Source: a virus
Taxonomy: Duplodnaviria; Heunggongvirae; Uroviricota; Caudoviricetes
Virus record (IMG/VR): IMGVR_UViG_3300045051_000909
Location: 130,267-194,266 of that record
Direction: 5' to 3' (one strand)
DNA: 64,000 bases
Translations under genes and position numbers: made by a program
Notes under the pieces: generated by a model
Told to the model about the DNA's origin: nothing
What the model saw: only the letters and a program-made list of their open reading frames with translations
Databases searched by the model: none
In this document: piece after piece, positions 47,670 through 57,607 of the stretch
Layout: each line of letters opens with the position of its first letter
Numbering within the stretch: position 1 is the stretch's first letter

Positions 47670-50360
47670 ATGCCAATGATGTCTCCCCGGACTCAGGCGA
47701 TGGCGGCGCCGGCGCCTACCGGTGATCAAGCAAAGTCGATGTTCGACCAGGGCCTGTCGCAGATGGCCTATTCTGTCTTGATCACCAAGCTTCCTAGCAT
47801 CAGCCAGGACGTAGTTACCTTCAAGATCCTGGAGAGCGACCCTGAGGCAGGTTCGGGTGTGGGCGCGTTCGTCCTGATGCGTCGTGGACAGACGATCTAC
47901 GTTCCTGTGGTCATGGCGGAAAACCAGATCAAGCCACTCGATATCCTGTACTTCAAGGATCTCAACGTCTTCCTGCCGCTGACCAAGGAATGGCTCGAGG
48001 AGCTCGACAAGCTCTCGCTCGATGAGCTCGGCAACGGGGTCAAGCAGCCGCAGACGCTGTCGACGGACGTGGACATCCGCAATACCGTGGTTCCGCCGAC
48101 CACAGGTCGTTACAGCTACGCTTCGGAGAATGAGAAGCAGGAGCTCGCGGTGAAGCTGGCCGGCTGTGTCTTCGATGCCGCCAAGGACCAGCAAGAGCCG
48201 AAGCAGCTCTACTTGCACTTCTTGTCCCGGTCCCCCGACGCCGTGAAGCTCGCAGTAGCGCGGGTGTACGAGCAGAACAAGCCCCTGCTAAAGCTCGCAG
48301 TGAAGCACTACGGCAAGGAAGCGTTGCTCAACGCTCTCAAGGTTGCGGACTACGGCGGCAAGGTTCCGCTGAAGGGTGGCGCGCTCTACATCGCCGACAA
48401 GAACACCACGCCAGGCGAGTTCAAGGACATCTTTGGTCCCAAGGCGCCGCTGGCGTTCCAGGGCGTTGCCGTCAAGGGCTACTACGCCAAGGATGACCGG
48501 AAGGAACTCAATCGCCCGGTGCAGGTGCAGGTCTTCCGTGACCTGCACGAGCCGAAGGATGCCGGTGCGTATCGACTCTGGGGTCTAGACGGCAAGCCTA
48601 CGCTTGCGCTCATCATTGGTAACCCGATCAACCTGTTTGCGGATACGCAGGGTAAGCGTGTTACGCCGCGCAACGTTCACTCGAAAACCAAGAACGACCT
48701 CCTAGCCCAGGGTGAGAACACCCTGCGCCTGCCACACGTCGACCGCTACGTTGGGATCACCGAGGACGGCAAGCTCATCGACACCTCTCGCTTGATTGGC
48801 GAGCAGGTGGCCATGAGTGAGCTCGAGGGTTCGAAGGTCTACAAGGCCACGGTTGGCGATACCGCCGCAGCCGGACCTCGCAAGGGGCAGTTCGGTATCT
48901 TCGTGCAGCGCCGGGGCGCCAGTTTCGTCGCCACGACGCCGCTATGGATCGAGGCGGTTAGCGAGTCCGACGGCAAGAAGATGATCGAGGTTCTCGGCGC
49001 TGGCGGCAAGAAGACGCTGCTCCTGAACCCCAAGTCGTCGCTGAGCAAGCTCGTTGTTCCTGCCCACAGCCACGTCGTCTACCTCCCGGCAGATTTCGTA
49101 TTCCTCCAGGCTAAGGGCGAGGTCACTACTTCGGACTTCTTCTCGAACCCGAAGGACATCCTGCACTGGACTCTTGACGCGCTTCATAAGGAAGGCGCAG
49201 AGCGGGTCATTGTGCGTAAGCCCTACGGCGACTCCTCCTGGCTCATTGACCGTCAGCCGGTCAACTTCGTCGACGGTCTGCGCAAGCTGGCAACCGAGAA
49301 GAACATCTCGGTTGAGGATGCTGAGGCAGCACTGAAGCAGGCCGAGGAACTCGGTGTGTTTGAGTTCTTTGTCCTCAGCCCCGCGAAGTACGAGAAGGTG
49401 GCCGCGCATCTGAAGGTGGCCGAGGGTGACAGCAAGCCGCCGAAGAAGAAGGACAGCGGTGCTGGCGGCGACCCTGCGGCGCAGGACCCGGCACAGGCAG
49501 CGATGGACCAGATGGCGATGGCGCAGGCCGCTCAGCAGCCGCAGCCGGTTGATATGGCCGTTGCCGAGCAGATGCAGAACATCCAGGGCCAGATGCTGGC
49601 GCTTCAGCAGCAGATGCAACTGCTGAACAACATCCAGCAGCGCACCCAACAGATTGCTACCGGGGGCGGCGCGGCGGGTAACCCGGCGGCGATGGCAGCG
49701 GCGATGGCAGGCCCGATGGACCCGTCTATGATGGGCGCGGGTCAGCCAGTCGGCGCGCAGGCTCCTGCTGCTCCTCCGATGCAGCCTGGTATGGCTCAGC
49801 AGCTAACCCCGATGCAGGGAGCGCCGCCGGTGCAGGGGCAACAGCCGCCGCAGCAGAGCCCTGTGATGGGCGCTGCCGCCCCGCAGCAGGGCATGGGCCA
49901 GATGGGTATGGATCCGAATGCGGCCATGCAGCAGCAGGGCATGGACCCGTCGCAGCAGCAACAGCAGCCGCCGATGGCGATGATGAATGCCGACGACGGC
50001 ACTGTTGAGAGCCTGATGCAGCAGGTCAACCCCAGCTTCATGGAGCAGGCGGGCCAGCTCAATGATGCAGGGGTCTTCGACGCGGCTTCGCTGGCGACGA
50101 TGGCGCAGACCCCGCAGCTCAAGGATCTGGTTGCGGCGTACATCCCGAACCTCGAGAAGTCGCTCGACAACATCGGGCGTGTACTGCTGTCGCTCTGGAT
50201 GGACGAGAGCAACATCAAGGGCGACGTAGGGAACGAGACTTTCATCGCCCTGGAAGACAATCTGCGTAACGTCTTCAAGGGAATGGGGGATCTGATTCTC
50301 AAGATCAACCAACAGTCCCTAGTCATCAAGGGGCCGACAGAGAACGCGGGTCAGGAGTAG
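47670..50360 (+). CDS. Large virion-type protein with Q/M/P/A low-complexity region
   Basis: 896 aa; GAGGAG RBS; many K-x-A motifs. Confidence 0.65.
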   Translation: MPMMSPRTQAMAAPAPTGDQAKSMFDQGLSQMAYSVLITKLPSISQDVVTFKILESDPEAGSGVGAFVLMRRGQTIYVPVVMAENQIKPLDILYFKDLNVFLPLTKEWLEELDKLSLDELGNGVKQPQTLSTDVDIRNTVVPPTTGRYSYASENEKQELAVKLAGCVFDAAKDQQEPKQLYLHFLSRSPDAVKLAVARVYEQNKPLLKLAVKHYGKEALLNALKVADYGGKVPLKGGALYIADKNTTPGEFKDIFGPKAPLAFQGVAVKGYYAKDDRKELNRPVQVQVFRDLHEPKDAGAYRLWGLDGKPTLALIIGNPINLFADTQGKRVTPRNVHSKTKNDLLAQGENTLRLPHVDRYVGITEDGKLIDTSRLIGEQVAMSELEGSKVYKATVGDTAAAGPRKGQFGIFVQRRGASFVATTPLWIEAVSESDGKKMIEVLGAGGKKTLLLNPKSSLSKLVVPAHSHVVYLPADFVFLQAKGEVTTSDFFSNPKDILHWTLDALHKEGAERVIVRKPYGDSSWLIDRQPVNFVDGLRKLATEKNISVEDAEAALKQAEELGVFEFFVLSPAKYEKVAAHLKVAEGDSKPPKKKDSGAGGDPAAQDPAQAAMDQMAMAQAAQQPQPVDMAVAEQMQNIQGQMLALQQQMQLLNNIQQRTQQIATGGGAAGNPAAMAAAMAGPMDPSMMGAGQPVGAQAPAAPPMQPGMAQQLTPMQGAPPVQGQQPPQQSPVMGAAAPQQGMGQMGMDPNAAMQQQGMDPSQQQQQPPMAMMNADDGTVESLMQQVNPSFMEQAGQLNDAGVFDAASLATMAQTPQLKDLVAAYIPNLEKSLDNIGRVLLSLWMDESNIKGDVGNETFIALEDNLRNVFKGMGDLILKINQQSLVIKGPTENAGQE

Positions 50361-50369
50361 CCGGTGCTG

Positions 50370-51056
50370 ATGCCGCCCGATCATAGGTGCCTCGCTACAC
50401 AGGAGGCACTCGCCAAGGGCGGCCCGGCCCCAACCGACGCCCTGGAGGCCGCGTTGTATACGCGGCTTTCGGGGCAGCGTTGTCCTCTCGACACAGTGGC
50501 GTATGCGGCGGACCTTTACGAGAATGCGGACCACCGGCCGGTCGTGGACGCTTTCTTTTTGGCCCGTACCGCCATGGACGAAATCTCGCGCGTGCTGAGC
50601 ATCCCGCCCGCCGTGCTCGAGGTTTACCGCTACCTGTTCATGGACATGTCGGTGTTTCGCAACAAGCTTGAGGTGATCTCCTACGCACGGGACTACGAAG
50701 GTTCCCCGTACGGTAAAGAGCTCGTGCACACCGCAGTGTCTGTGGGCCCGACGTATCTGCGCTGGGCTTATGGCGACGGTGGCGGGGAGCTCGACACACG
50801 TTTCGTAATCCGCAAGACCATGATCGATGCTTACTTCCGGGGCTTGGCGCATAAGGGTAATGCGCTTTCAAGCAATACCGCGAAGGAGGCTCTTAAGTGG
50901 TGGAGCACGGCGATTCGAAATGCCGAGAGCCTAGAGAAGATTGATCCGCACACCACCAAGGAAGCGGTGGATGAATTGCGGATGGCGTTGGAAGCGAAGG
51001 ATGATACGCTGAAGCCTGAGCAGGCACCCGTCCCTATTTCCGACATCCTGCACTAG
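50370..51056 (+). CDS. Hypothetical protein (HTH-like segment)
   Basis: DEISRVLSIPPAVLEVYRYLF segment; located in the head gene cluster. Confidence 0.6.
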   Translation: MPPDHRCLATQEALAKGGPAPTDALEAALYTRLSGQRCPLDTVAYAADLYENADHRPVVDAFFLARTAMDEISRVLSIPPAVLEVYRYLFMDMSVFRNKLEVISYARDYEGSPYGKELVHTAVSVGPTYLRWAYGDGGGELDTRFVIRKTMIDAYFRGLAHKGNALSSNTAKEALKWWSTAIRNAESLEKIDPHTTKEAVDELRMALEAKDDTLKPEQAPVPISDILH

Positions 51057-51065
51057 GAGATTTCG

Positions 51066-51869
51066 ATGCCCTGGAATGAGTCTGAGTTCGTGGAGCGTGC
51101 AAAGGACATTGCTCTTCAGCACGTCACTACGAAGAAGAGCATCAATGAACTCTCTATGAAGGTTGCGCGGGAGAACTCGCTCAATCCTGACGAGATTCGT
51201 ACCCTGGTGCGGCTGTCCAACGTGTCGACGTTTCAGGAGTGCTTCAAGCGCAAGAGTGACGGCGACAAGATGGTCGAATTCGACGTCGGCGATCCGGAAC
51301 AGGTGATCCGGAAGTTCGCCGAGGAGGCGAGCGAAGTGCCCCAGTCCGCTAATATTTTCAATGACAAGCTGGCAGAGGAGATCCCCGATCTGATGCGGGA
51401 GAAGCGCCTCGGGCACAAGTTTGACGACGCGGAGAAGGTCGCTAGTGAGTTCGTCCCTGCGCCTGAAAAGCCGATGCGCCGGGACCTCGCTATCCTGGCG
51501 CTTCGCAAGCTCGCCGAAGACTTTAACGTAGAGCAGATTGCTGCCGGACGTCGGTGGGAGGACAAGATCGCCGCGCTCGCCCAGACGTTCAAGCGCGCCC
51601 CCGGTTACGGCCCTAAGCTCGATGACTTTGAGAAGGATGCGTACGCGGAGTTTGGACATGACGCAGTCCCGGAGCTAAAGCAGCTTTGGGCCGATCTTCG
51701 TCGCGGCGAATACGCAGAGCTCATCAATGAGAAGGTCGCTGAGCTTCAAGATCGCCGCGTCACTGAGGAGACCCCGGAGCTGGCCCTCTTGAAGGAAGCG
51801 GTTGATGCACGGCACGCTTACGTCAAGTTCCGCAATGGCCTCGAGTGGATTAAGAAGCAGGGAGTCTGA
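51066..51869 (+). CDS. Virion-type protein (K-x-A rich)
   Basis: AGGAG RBS; KVAR, EKVAS, KLAE, EKVAE. Confidence 0.65.
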   Translation: MPWNESEFVERAKDIALQHVTTKKSINELSMKVARENSLNPDEIRTLVRLSNVSTFQECFKRKSDGDKMVEFDVGDPEQVIRKFAEEASEVPQSANIFNDKLAEEIPDLMREKRLGHKFDDAEKVASEFVPAPEKPMRRDLAILALRKLAEDFNVEQIAAGRRWEDKIAALAQTFKRAPGYGPKLDDFEKDAYAEFGHDAVPELKQLWADLRRGEYAELINEKVAELQDRRVTEETPELALLKEAVDARHAYVKFRNGLEWIKKQGV

Positions 51870-51870
51870 A

Positions 51871-52794
51871 GTGCGTAATCCTATCTTCCAGAAGATGGTG
51901 GAAGACGCCTTTGAAAAGAATGCTTGGCCGTTTGATCCGGGCCAAGTTGCTGCAAGCATGCCCGCTGATTCTGCGCATGTTGCGAATAATATTCACCGTG
52001 GAGAGCAGATCTTCTCGGGTGCTAAGCGTGTTCTAGGCGAGACGATCCCTGAGGCGTTTCACCTTGGCGGAAGCATCATCAACAAGGTGCTTGCGCCAGC
52101 AGGCACATCAGGCTTGCGTGCGCTGGGTTCAGCAGGGCAGTATCTACGCCAGAATCCGAATCTTATGCGCTTGGGCATCGGGACGGCTGTCGCGGCGCCT
52201 ATACTTTGGAACGCATTCCACTCGTCCCAGCAGAAGAACGAGAAGGATCTGATGGCCATGAATCGCGACCCCAGCCGAGTCATTACTGCAAGCATCGACG
52301 AGTTTCTCGAGAAGAAGGCCGATCAGATGGGCTTCGGCTTCAACGGTCTGGGCGTGGCCGCTGTGCCGAAGTACTCTCTTGGCGGTATTCCAGGGGAAGT
52401 GCACAACAACGCTATCAAGAGCTTCCAGGAAGGCTTCGGCGGCGGGATCGGTAAGGGCGTTGCTGACCGCATCTTCTCGGGACTGGGCAGCCTGGTTGGC
52501 TCAATCCGCGATTCGGTGATCACTAATCCGGCTCGTCAGAAGATGGTCGAGTCGCTGATTCGAAGCGATCCGAGCGTTCACGATTTCGTCAACAACCACC
52601 CCGAAGGGCGCACGATGATCATGGAGGCGTTCGGTACGATGGTACGCTTTGCCCCGACGCTTTCTACGGATATCAATGCGGTTCGCTCGTTCCTTCGTGA
52701 AGTGGCGATCACTGGCTCGGGCGTCAACTACGCCACCATCAAGAACCTCATCGAAACCGAGAAGACGCTCACGGGCGGCTTCAGCAGGAAGTAA
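51871..52794 (+). CDS. Virion-type protein
   Basis: GTG start after GGGAG; EKNA and EKKA motifs; hydrophobic/Gly-rich segments. Confidence 0.6.
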   Translation: MRNPIFQKMVEDAFEKNAWPFDPGQVAASMPADSAHVANNIHRGEQIFSGAKRVLGETIPEAFHLGGSIINKVLAPAGTSGLRALGSAGQYLRQNPNLMRLGIGTAVAAPILWNAFHSSQQKNEKDLMAMNRDPSRVITASIDEFLEKKADQMGFGFNGLGVAAVPKYSLGGIPGEVHNNAIKSFQEGFGGGIGKGVADRIFSGLGSLVGSIRDSVITNPARQKMVESLIRSDPSVHDFVNNHPEGRTMIMEAFGTMVRFAPTLSTDINAVRSFLREVAITGSGVNYATIKNLIETEKTLTGGFSRK

Positions 52795-52809
52795 TTTAGC
52801 GAGGCGACC

Positions 52810-53037
52810 ATGGCAATCGAAGTTCCCGAGATCAATGTTCAGGTGCCGGAGGAGGTCAAGGAGGCGATTCGCGTCCACGGCTTCCACAAGGTCGCAGGTG
52901 CGCTTTACGGGGTCGATTTCGACAACGAGCGCGCGCTCTACGAGTACATCGGCACCAAGCTCGCGATGCAGCTAATTCAGGACACGGCCATCAAGACCGG
53001 CCTTGCAGCGCTCGAGGGGCTGAAGGAGACGAAGTAA
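52810..53037 (+). CDS. Small virion-type protein
   Basis: GAGG RBS; operon packing. Confidence 0.6.
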   Translation: MAIEVPEINVQVPEEVKEAIRVHGFHKVAGALYGVDFDNERALYEYIGTKLAMQLIQDTAIKTGLAALEGLKETK

Positions 53038-53483
53038 TGAATCCCGCTTACGCCGATCTTTGGGCAGCGCTGAAGATGGGCGCCAGCCTCGAGAAGTGGG
53101 CCTCCGCTGAGGACCGCGAGGTTGCAACGCGCAGCCAGGTCGAGAACGCGAAGCTGTGCGACAGCGTCATCGAGCGCGCGCTCAAGGTAGCCTCTGAGCA
53201 ATTCCCCCAGCGCACTTTACTCGGTAAAGAAGCCGGGGTTGCCGCGATGACTCAGCTAGTTCTGTCGCTGCGCGACACGCATGCAGCCACAGGCGAGAAG
53301 CTAGCCGCAGCACCTGAGGCCGTTGCTGATGGCCTCATCAAGCTCGCCACTGCTGTTTTCACGGATCTTGTCATTTCGGAACAGCTGACGAAGCTCTCCG
53401 GCGATGAAGCGCAGAAGGCGCGCATGACGCAACTGCTCGGCCGTGAATACATGGTCGAGGCGATTAGGAGCCTCCTTGCGTAA
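53037..53483 (+). CDS. Virion-type protein (K-x-A rich)
   Basis: AAGGAG RBS; EKWAS, KVAS, EKLAA. Confidence 0.6.
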   Translation: MNPAYADLWAALKMGASLEKWASAEDREVATRSQVENAKLCDSVIERALKVASEQFPQRTLLGKEAGVAAMTQLVLSLRDTHAATGEKLAAAPEAVADGLIKLATAVFTDLVISEQLTKLSGDEAQKARMTQLLGREYMVEAIRSLLA

Positions 53484-55488
53484 GATCATCGAGCTCGACG
53501 AGACTCTCGGTGGAGAGTCAGTGGTGCGGCCGGTACTCCTCTGGGGTGCCAACGGTCGTCCTCTGCGCGAGCTCGACAACGTCAAGACGGCGAGCGAAGC
53601 CGGCGACTTCATCAAGAGCGTAGAGCCCAAGCCGGGAATGACCATTGTTCTCGTTTTGGCGCTCGGTGCTTACGAGTTCTACGATCTCAACCGCAACGGG
53701 GACGGGTTCAACGAGTCGCCGTACCGGATTGGATTCAAGCCGACGTGCGGCCACTCCGAGTGTGAGCGGGGTATGGTGGACGGCTGGATCACCCAGGAAG
53801 ACACCATCCCGTTCCACTACAAGTCCTTTGAGACGATGGGCAAGAATTACATGCACCACGTCAACAAGGACCCCAAGAAGGCTGTAGGGGACATTCTCAA
53901 GTCATTCTGGAATCCGACGATGCACCGCATTGAGTTGCTCGTCGGAATCGACAACACACTCGCACCTGAGATTGTTCAGCGCATCGCTGATGGCGATTAC
54001 CCCGCTGTTTCGATGGGCTGCCGTATCAAGTACGACGTCTGCACTGAGTGCGGACACCGTGCACCTACGCGCAATCACTACTGTGAGCACCTAAAGTACG
54101 GCCTGCGCCAAGTTGGCAAGAGGGGCCTGCGGTACGGCGCCCTCAACCCCTCTCCGCGTTGGTTCGATCTCTCCTGGGTCATCAAGCCCGCCGACCAGAC
54201 CGGCTTCATGATGAAGAAGGTCGCGCACGAGGCTGCCTACGAGATTCGGGCTTCCGCTGACCTCGGGGAGTACTTGGAGGCAGTGGACGAGAAGCGTGCA
54301 GCGATTCAAAAGGTCTCCGACATCGACAAGGTTGTGCGCGGCCTGCCTGTAGATCACAAGACGTCGCCCCTGTCTGCGGGGGAAGCGCAGCTGGTTCGCA
54401 ACTACCACCAGTCGATTCAGCCGGCTCTACGCAACATGCCGGTGATGGACGACAAAACCATCGGCTCTCTGGCGCAACATCCGGTTGCCGAAGTTCTGTC
54501 CACGCTATCGGCAGCAGGAGTCGTCCTCACCACTCCGGAGTTCGTCAAGCTCATCCTCGCCAAGATGGCCCCGGGGGTTAGGGTCGACGAGACCACGCTC
54601 GATGCGATGGTCGCTCTTCAGGGCCAAATTTTTGACTTTTTCGCGAAGAATCCCCAGGCGCTTGATCAGTTGATGCAGACGCACCTGTTCGACATCAACG
54701 CGAAAAACGTCAAGCCCGAGATTGCAGGTAAGGCGGAGAAGTACCTCGAGAAGCGGTCGACGATGATGGACTACCTCGGCCGCGCCCTCGTTCCGCCGAC
54801 CCTCCGCTCCGAGGAGCCGCCGTTTACCGATACTTTCCATGTCCGGGATCCTGCAACTGGCCACAGCTACGCGACGACGCGTGGAGCCGCGACAGCAGCT
54901 CACGATGAGATTGCGCGCCGGCAGCTTGTGAAGATGCTTGGCGGCGGTGCCATGCTTGCGGGGGCGTACAAGCTCCTGGCCCCGGGTCTTCCGGCGATGC
55001 TCCGCCCCGTCGCAGCAGGAACCGCCGGCCTTCTAGGCTACAAGTACCTACGCCCGAACTGGGGTCCCCAGTACATGACTGACGAGGGCGTTGCGATCCC
55101 AGCGTCTACTGAGCTTAGCCAGGAGCGCACCGCGAACGAGTTCGCAAGTGTCGCACTACCCGTGCTTGGTTCAGCCGCATTGGTGGCGGGACTCGGTCAT
55201 GATTACGAGTCGCGTCTGAATCGCGGGGAATTTGTTAGCGACCCGAACGCCCCGATCCATACGCGTCTATTCAATAAGCTCGAGCAGCACGCACATGAAC
55301 ACCCGGCATTGACTATGTTGGGGTCGCTGAGCGCTTATGGCTTGGGGGCCAATGCGCTGGGGAAGTTGGCAGAGTTCTTGGGAGACGTCCTAGAACCGGC
55401 TACAGACTCAGTCCACTTGCCCGATGTGGACGTCGATAGGGCAGCCGAAAAAATAGGTACACTCCTGGTTCATGAATATGACCGATGA
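53476..55488 (+). CDS. Prohead (capsid maturation) protease with Zn-finger insertion
   Basis: AGGAG plus TTG start; NRNGDGF, YMHH, AVSMGC...CTECG...CEH, FDLSWVIKPAD resemble the HK97-type prohead protease signature. Confidence 0.7.
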   Translation: MRKIIELDETLGGESVVRPVLLWGANGRPLRELDNVKTASEAGDFIKSVEPKPGMTIVLVLALGAYEFYDLNRNGDGFNESPYRIGFKPTCGHSECERGMVDGWITQEDTIPFHYKSFETMGKNYMHHVNKDPKKAVGDILKSFWNPTMHRIELLVGIDNTLAPEIVQRIADGDYPAVSMGCRIKYDVCTECGHRAPTRNHYCEHLKYGLRQVGKRGLRYGALNPSPRWFDLSWVIKPADQTGFMMKKVAHEAAYEIRASADLGEYLEAVDEKRAAIQKVSDIDKVVRGLPVDHKTSPLSAGEAQLVRNYHQSIQPALRNMPVMDDKTIGSLAQHPVAEVLSTLSAAGVVLTTPEFVKLILAKMAPGVRVDETTLDAMVALQGQIFDFFAKNPQALDQLMQTHLFDINAKNVKPEIAGKAEKYLEKRSTMMDYLGRALVPPTLRSEEPPFTDTFHVRDPATGHSYATTRGAATAAHDEIARRQLVKMLGGGAMLAGAYKLLAPGLPAMLRPVAAGTAGLLGYKYLRPNWGPQYMTDEGVAIPASTELSQERTANEFASVALPVLGSAALVAGLGHDYESRLNRGEFVSDPNAPIHTRLFNKLEQHAHEHPALTMLGSLSAYGLGANALGKLAEFLGDVLEPATDSVHLPDVDVDRAAEKIGTLLVHEYDR

Positions 55489-55891
55489 TCAAAAAGCGGC
55501 TAAGAAAGCGTATGACCACGCTTACTATCAGCGTAACCGCGATAAGATAAATAAGCGTACTCTGTCTTATCGTAGACGCCGCCGTCAGGCAGACCCGGAC
55601 GCGGTACACAAGCAAGATCGTAATTGGGCTTTACAACAACGTTACGGGATAACAGCCGCAACCTACGCCGCACTGTACGCGGCTCAGAAAGGTTGTTGTG
55701 CTATCTGCGGTTCAGTCGCCGCCAACAACGGAAAGCACGCGCATCTTCATGTGGACCACGACCACACAACTAACAAAGTTCGAGGTTTACTGTGCGGACG
55801 CTGCAACAAGGGTATCGGGCTGTTCCTGGATCGTCGTGACCTACTAGAAGCTGCTGTGGCGTATCTGCTGTCACATGGGAATTTGTCTTAG
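55472..55891 (+). CDS. Endonuclease VII-family HNH (free-standing homing endonuclease)
   Basis: RYGIT...Y...Q.GCCAICG...LHVDHDH...VRGLLCGRCNKGIG; visibly lower GC than its flanks. Confidence 0.85.
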   Translation: MNMTDDQKAAKKAYDHAYYQRNRDKINKRTLSYRRRRRQADPDAVHKQDRNWALQQRYGITAATYAALYAAQKGCCAICGSVAANNGKHAHLHVDHDHTTNKVRGLLCGRCNKGIGLFLDRRDLLEAAVAYLLSHGNLS

Positions 55892-55935
55892 TGCCGAGAT
55901 TCACCTACACTTCCATCAACTGTGAGGTTACCACA

Positions 55936-56583
55936 ATGAAGATCGACCGCATTCTTTCGGGACTAAGGGAATCGCAGAACCCCTCCGAAAAGACCGCCGC
56001 CGCCGCCATCACCGTCGCCGCCACGCCTGCCGCGAAGCCTGAGGAGAAGACCGCGTCGACCAATTCGCTTGTCTCCGCGATGAACGCTGCGGTCGCTGCC
56101 GCTCCGAGCACGCAGAAGACTGCTTCCGAGGCTCCGAAGGCAGGCCCGGTCGAGGACGTGATGAAGATCGCAGAAGATCTGGCCAGCGCCGAGAAGGAAG
56201 CGATGGTCAAGCAGGCCCAGGTGATGGGCGCCGCGTTCGCAGATGCTGTTGTGGCACGCCTCGGCAAGGATTGGACGAAGGCCGCCGCTGCGCAGCCCGC
56301 CGCTCCGGCTCCGACTCCGGCTGTCGAGAAGGTTGCTACCGGGGACGTCGAGTTCGACAAGTGGGCTTCGGAGAATCCGGAGGCCATCGAGCAGGCGAAG
56401 GCGGGCGGCTACCCGCTCAACCGCGTCGGCCTCGAGAAGATGGCCGAGGACTCCTACGTCCAGGGCTACAACAACACCGTGGTCGCGATCCACAAGACCG
56501 CTGCTCTCGAGTTCCTCAAGGGCGCGGCTGTCTGCGCGAACGTGATCGAGGCTAGCCGTCAGGCCCAGGCTGCCCAGCAGTAA
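55936..56583 (+). CDS. Scaffold/internal head protein
   Basis: GAGG RBS; dense EKTA/QKTA/EKVA/EKMA motifs; Ala-rich. Confidence 0.6.
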   Translation: MKIDRILSGLRESQNPSEKTAAAAITVAATPAAKPEEKTASTNSLVSAMNAAVAAAPSTQKTASEAPKAGPVEDVMKIAEDLASAEKEAMVKQAQVMGAAFADAVVARLGKDWTKAAAAQPAAPAPTPAVEKVATGDVEFDKWASENPEAIEQAKAGGYPLNRVGLEKMAEDSYVQGYNNTVVAIHKTAALEFLKGAAVCANVIEASRQAQAAQQ

Positions 56584-56590
56584 GGTGCTC

Positions 56591-56851
56591 ATGTACGACG
56601 CTGAGATCAGGGCGACCTACGCCGAGATGTACAAGACGGCCAATGCGGGCGCGATGTCCCGCATTGGTCCGGCGTTGTCCTCCGCTGCCAGCGAACATCC
56701 GCTGATCGCTGCTGCATTGTCCGCAGCGCTCGCGGGTGGCGGTGGCTACGCACTCGGCAAGCACAATCAGAAGCACGAGGACGAGTCTAAGGTGACGTCT
56801 TGGACTAACGGCTTCAACTACGGCCACAGCCTGCATCGTGGAGGGCTGTAA
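56591..56851 (+). CDS. Small virion-type protein
   Basis: YKTAN motif and a hydrophobic Ala/Gly segment. Confidence 0.55.
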   Translation: MYDAEIRATYAEMYKTANAGAMSRIGPALSSAASEHPLIAAALSAALAGGGGYALGKHNQKHEDESKVTSWTNGFNYGHSLHRGGL

Positions 56852-57078
56852 TGGCGCGCGAGATCAAGACTCTAAGCAAGCTTGCTGATGAAGTTCTCTC
56901 GAAGCTTGAGAGTGAGCAGTTGGTGAAATCAGCAAACCTGTCCTATACCAATAGCAAGCTCGAGACGCAGATCGGGCAGCAGATGGTGAAGGTCGCTGAG
57001 TTGGTTCGAGAAGCTGCGAATGGCAATAAGATCAGTTACGCTGATCTAGACACGTTCCGGAAGCGCTATGGAATCTGA
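56851..57078 (+). CDS. Small virion-type protein
   Basis: GGAGG RBS; KLAD, VKSA, VKVA. Confidence 0.6.
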   Translation: MAREIKTLSKLADEVLSKLESEQLVKSANLSYTNSKLETQIGQQMVKVAELVREAANGNKISYADLDTFRKRYGI

Positions 57079-57220
57079 AAGCCTCCGCAAGATCGCCAAC
57101 GAGCTCCGCCAGACGGCGGCGGCGTTGGAGCAGCAGAAGATGATCAAGTGCGCCCAGGCTATTCAGGCTGCAACCGCGCTCAACCTGCTTCGCGAGAAGG
57201 TGCGTGCCCATGTCCGCTGA
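57068..57220 (+). CDS. 50-aa protein (not in ORF track)
   Basis: MESESLRKIANELRQTAAALEQQKMIKCAQAIQAATALNLLREKVRAHVR; overlaps both neighbours. Confidence 0.6.
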   Translation: MESESLRKIANELRQTAAALEQQKMIKCAQAIQAATALNLLREKVRAHVR

Positions 57221-57572
57221 GTTCCTACTCAAGGTTGCCGATGTGCTCGAGCAGGCGGCCAAGGTTCTCGACGCCAACGAGGCGGAGAAGACTGCGGCTG
57301 TGAAGCAAGCTCGTGAGAGCGCTGCTCGTGCTGTCGCTGCCAAGTTTGCCGAGGTCACTGGGGAAGATCTCCCGGGGGACGTACTCACCAAGCTCGCATC
57401 GTCTGACGGTGACGTCCTGGCCACGGTGCAGAAGCTCCTCGACAAGAAGGCCGAGGAGAGCGTGGAGAGCATGGGGCATTCCAGCGACAAAGCGGCAAGC
57501 CAGGTGCCGGTGACGAGGAAGGACCGGGCGCAAGCCGCCTGGGACAACTTCGGTAGCTACATCAACTCCTAA
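57210..57572 (+). CDS. Scaffold-like protein
   Basis: LKVAD, EKTAA, TKLAS; located immediately before the capsid genes. Confidence 0.6.
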   Translation: MSAEFLLKVADVLEQAAKVLDANEAEKTAAVKQARESAARAVAAKFAEVTGEDLPGDVLTKLASSDGDVLATVQKLLDKKAEESVESMGHSSDKAASQVPVTRKDRAQAAWDNFGSYINS

Positions 57573-57607
57573 GCGCGCCGCGAGGCGACATAAACTGAGG
57601 TGACCAA

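Noticed and set aside
46158-48218. 686-aa minus-strand ORF (and similar long antisense ORFs at 13391-14776, 28899-29945, 26973-27866, 34658-35413)
   Set aside because: Shadow ORFs caused by the strong GC3 codon bias of the real genes on the opposite strand; they contain no recognisable motifs.
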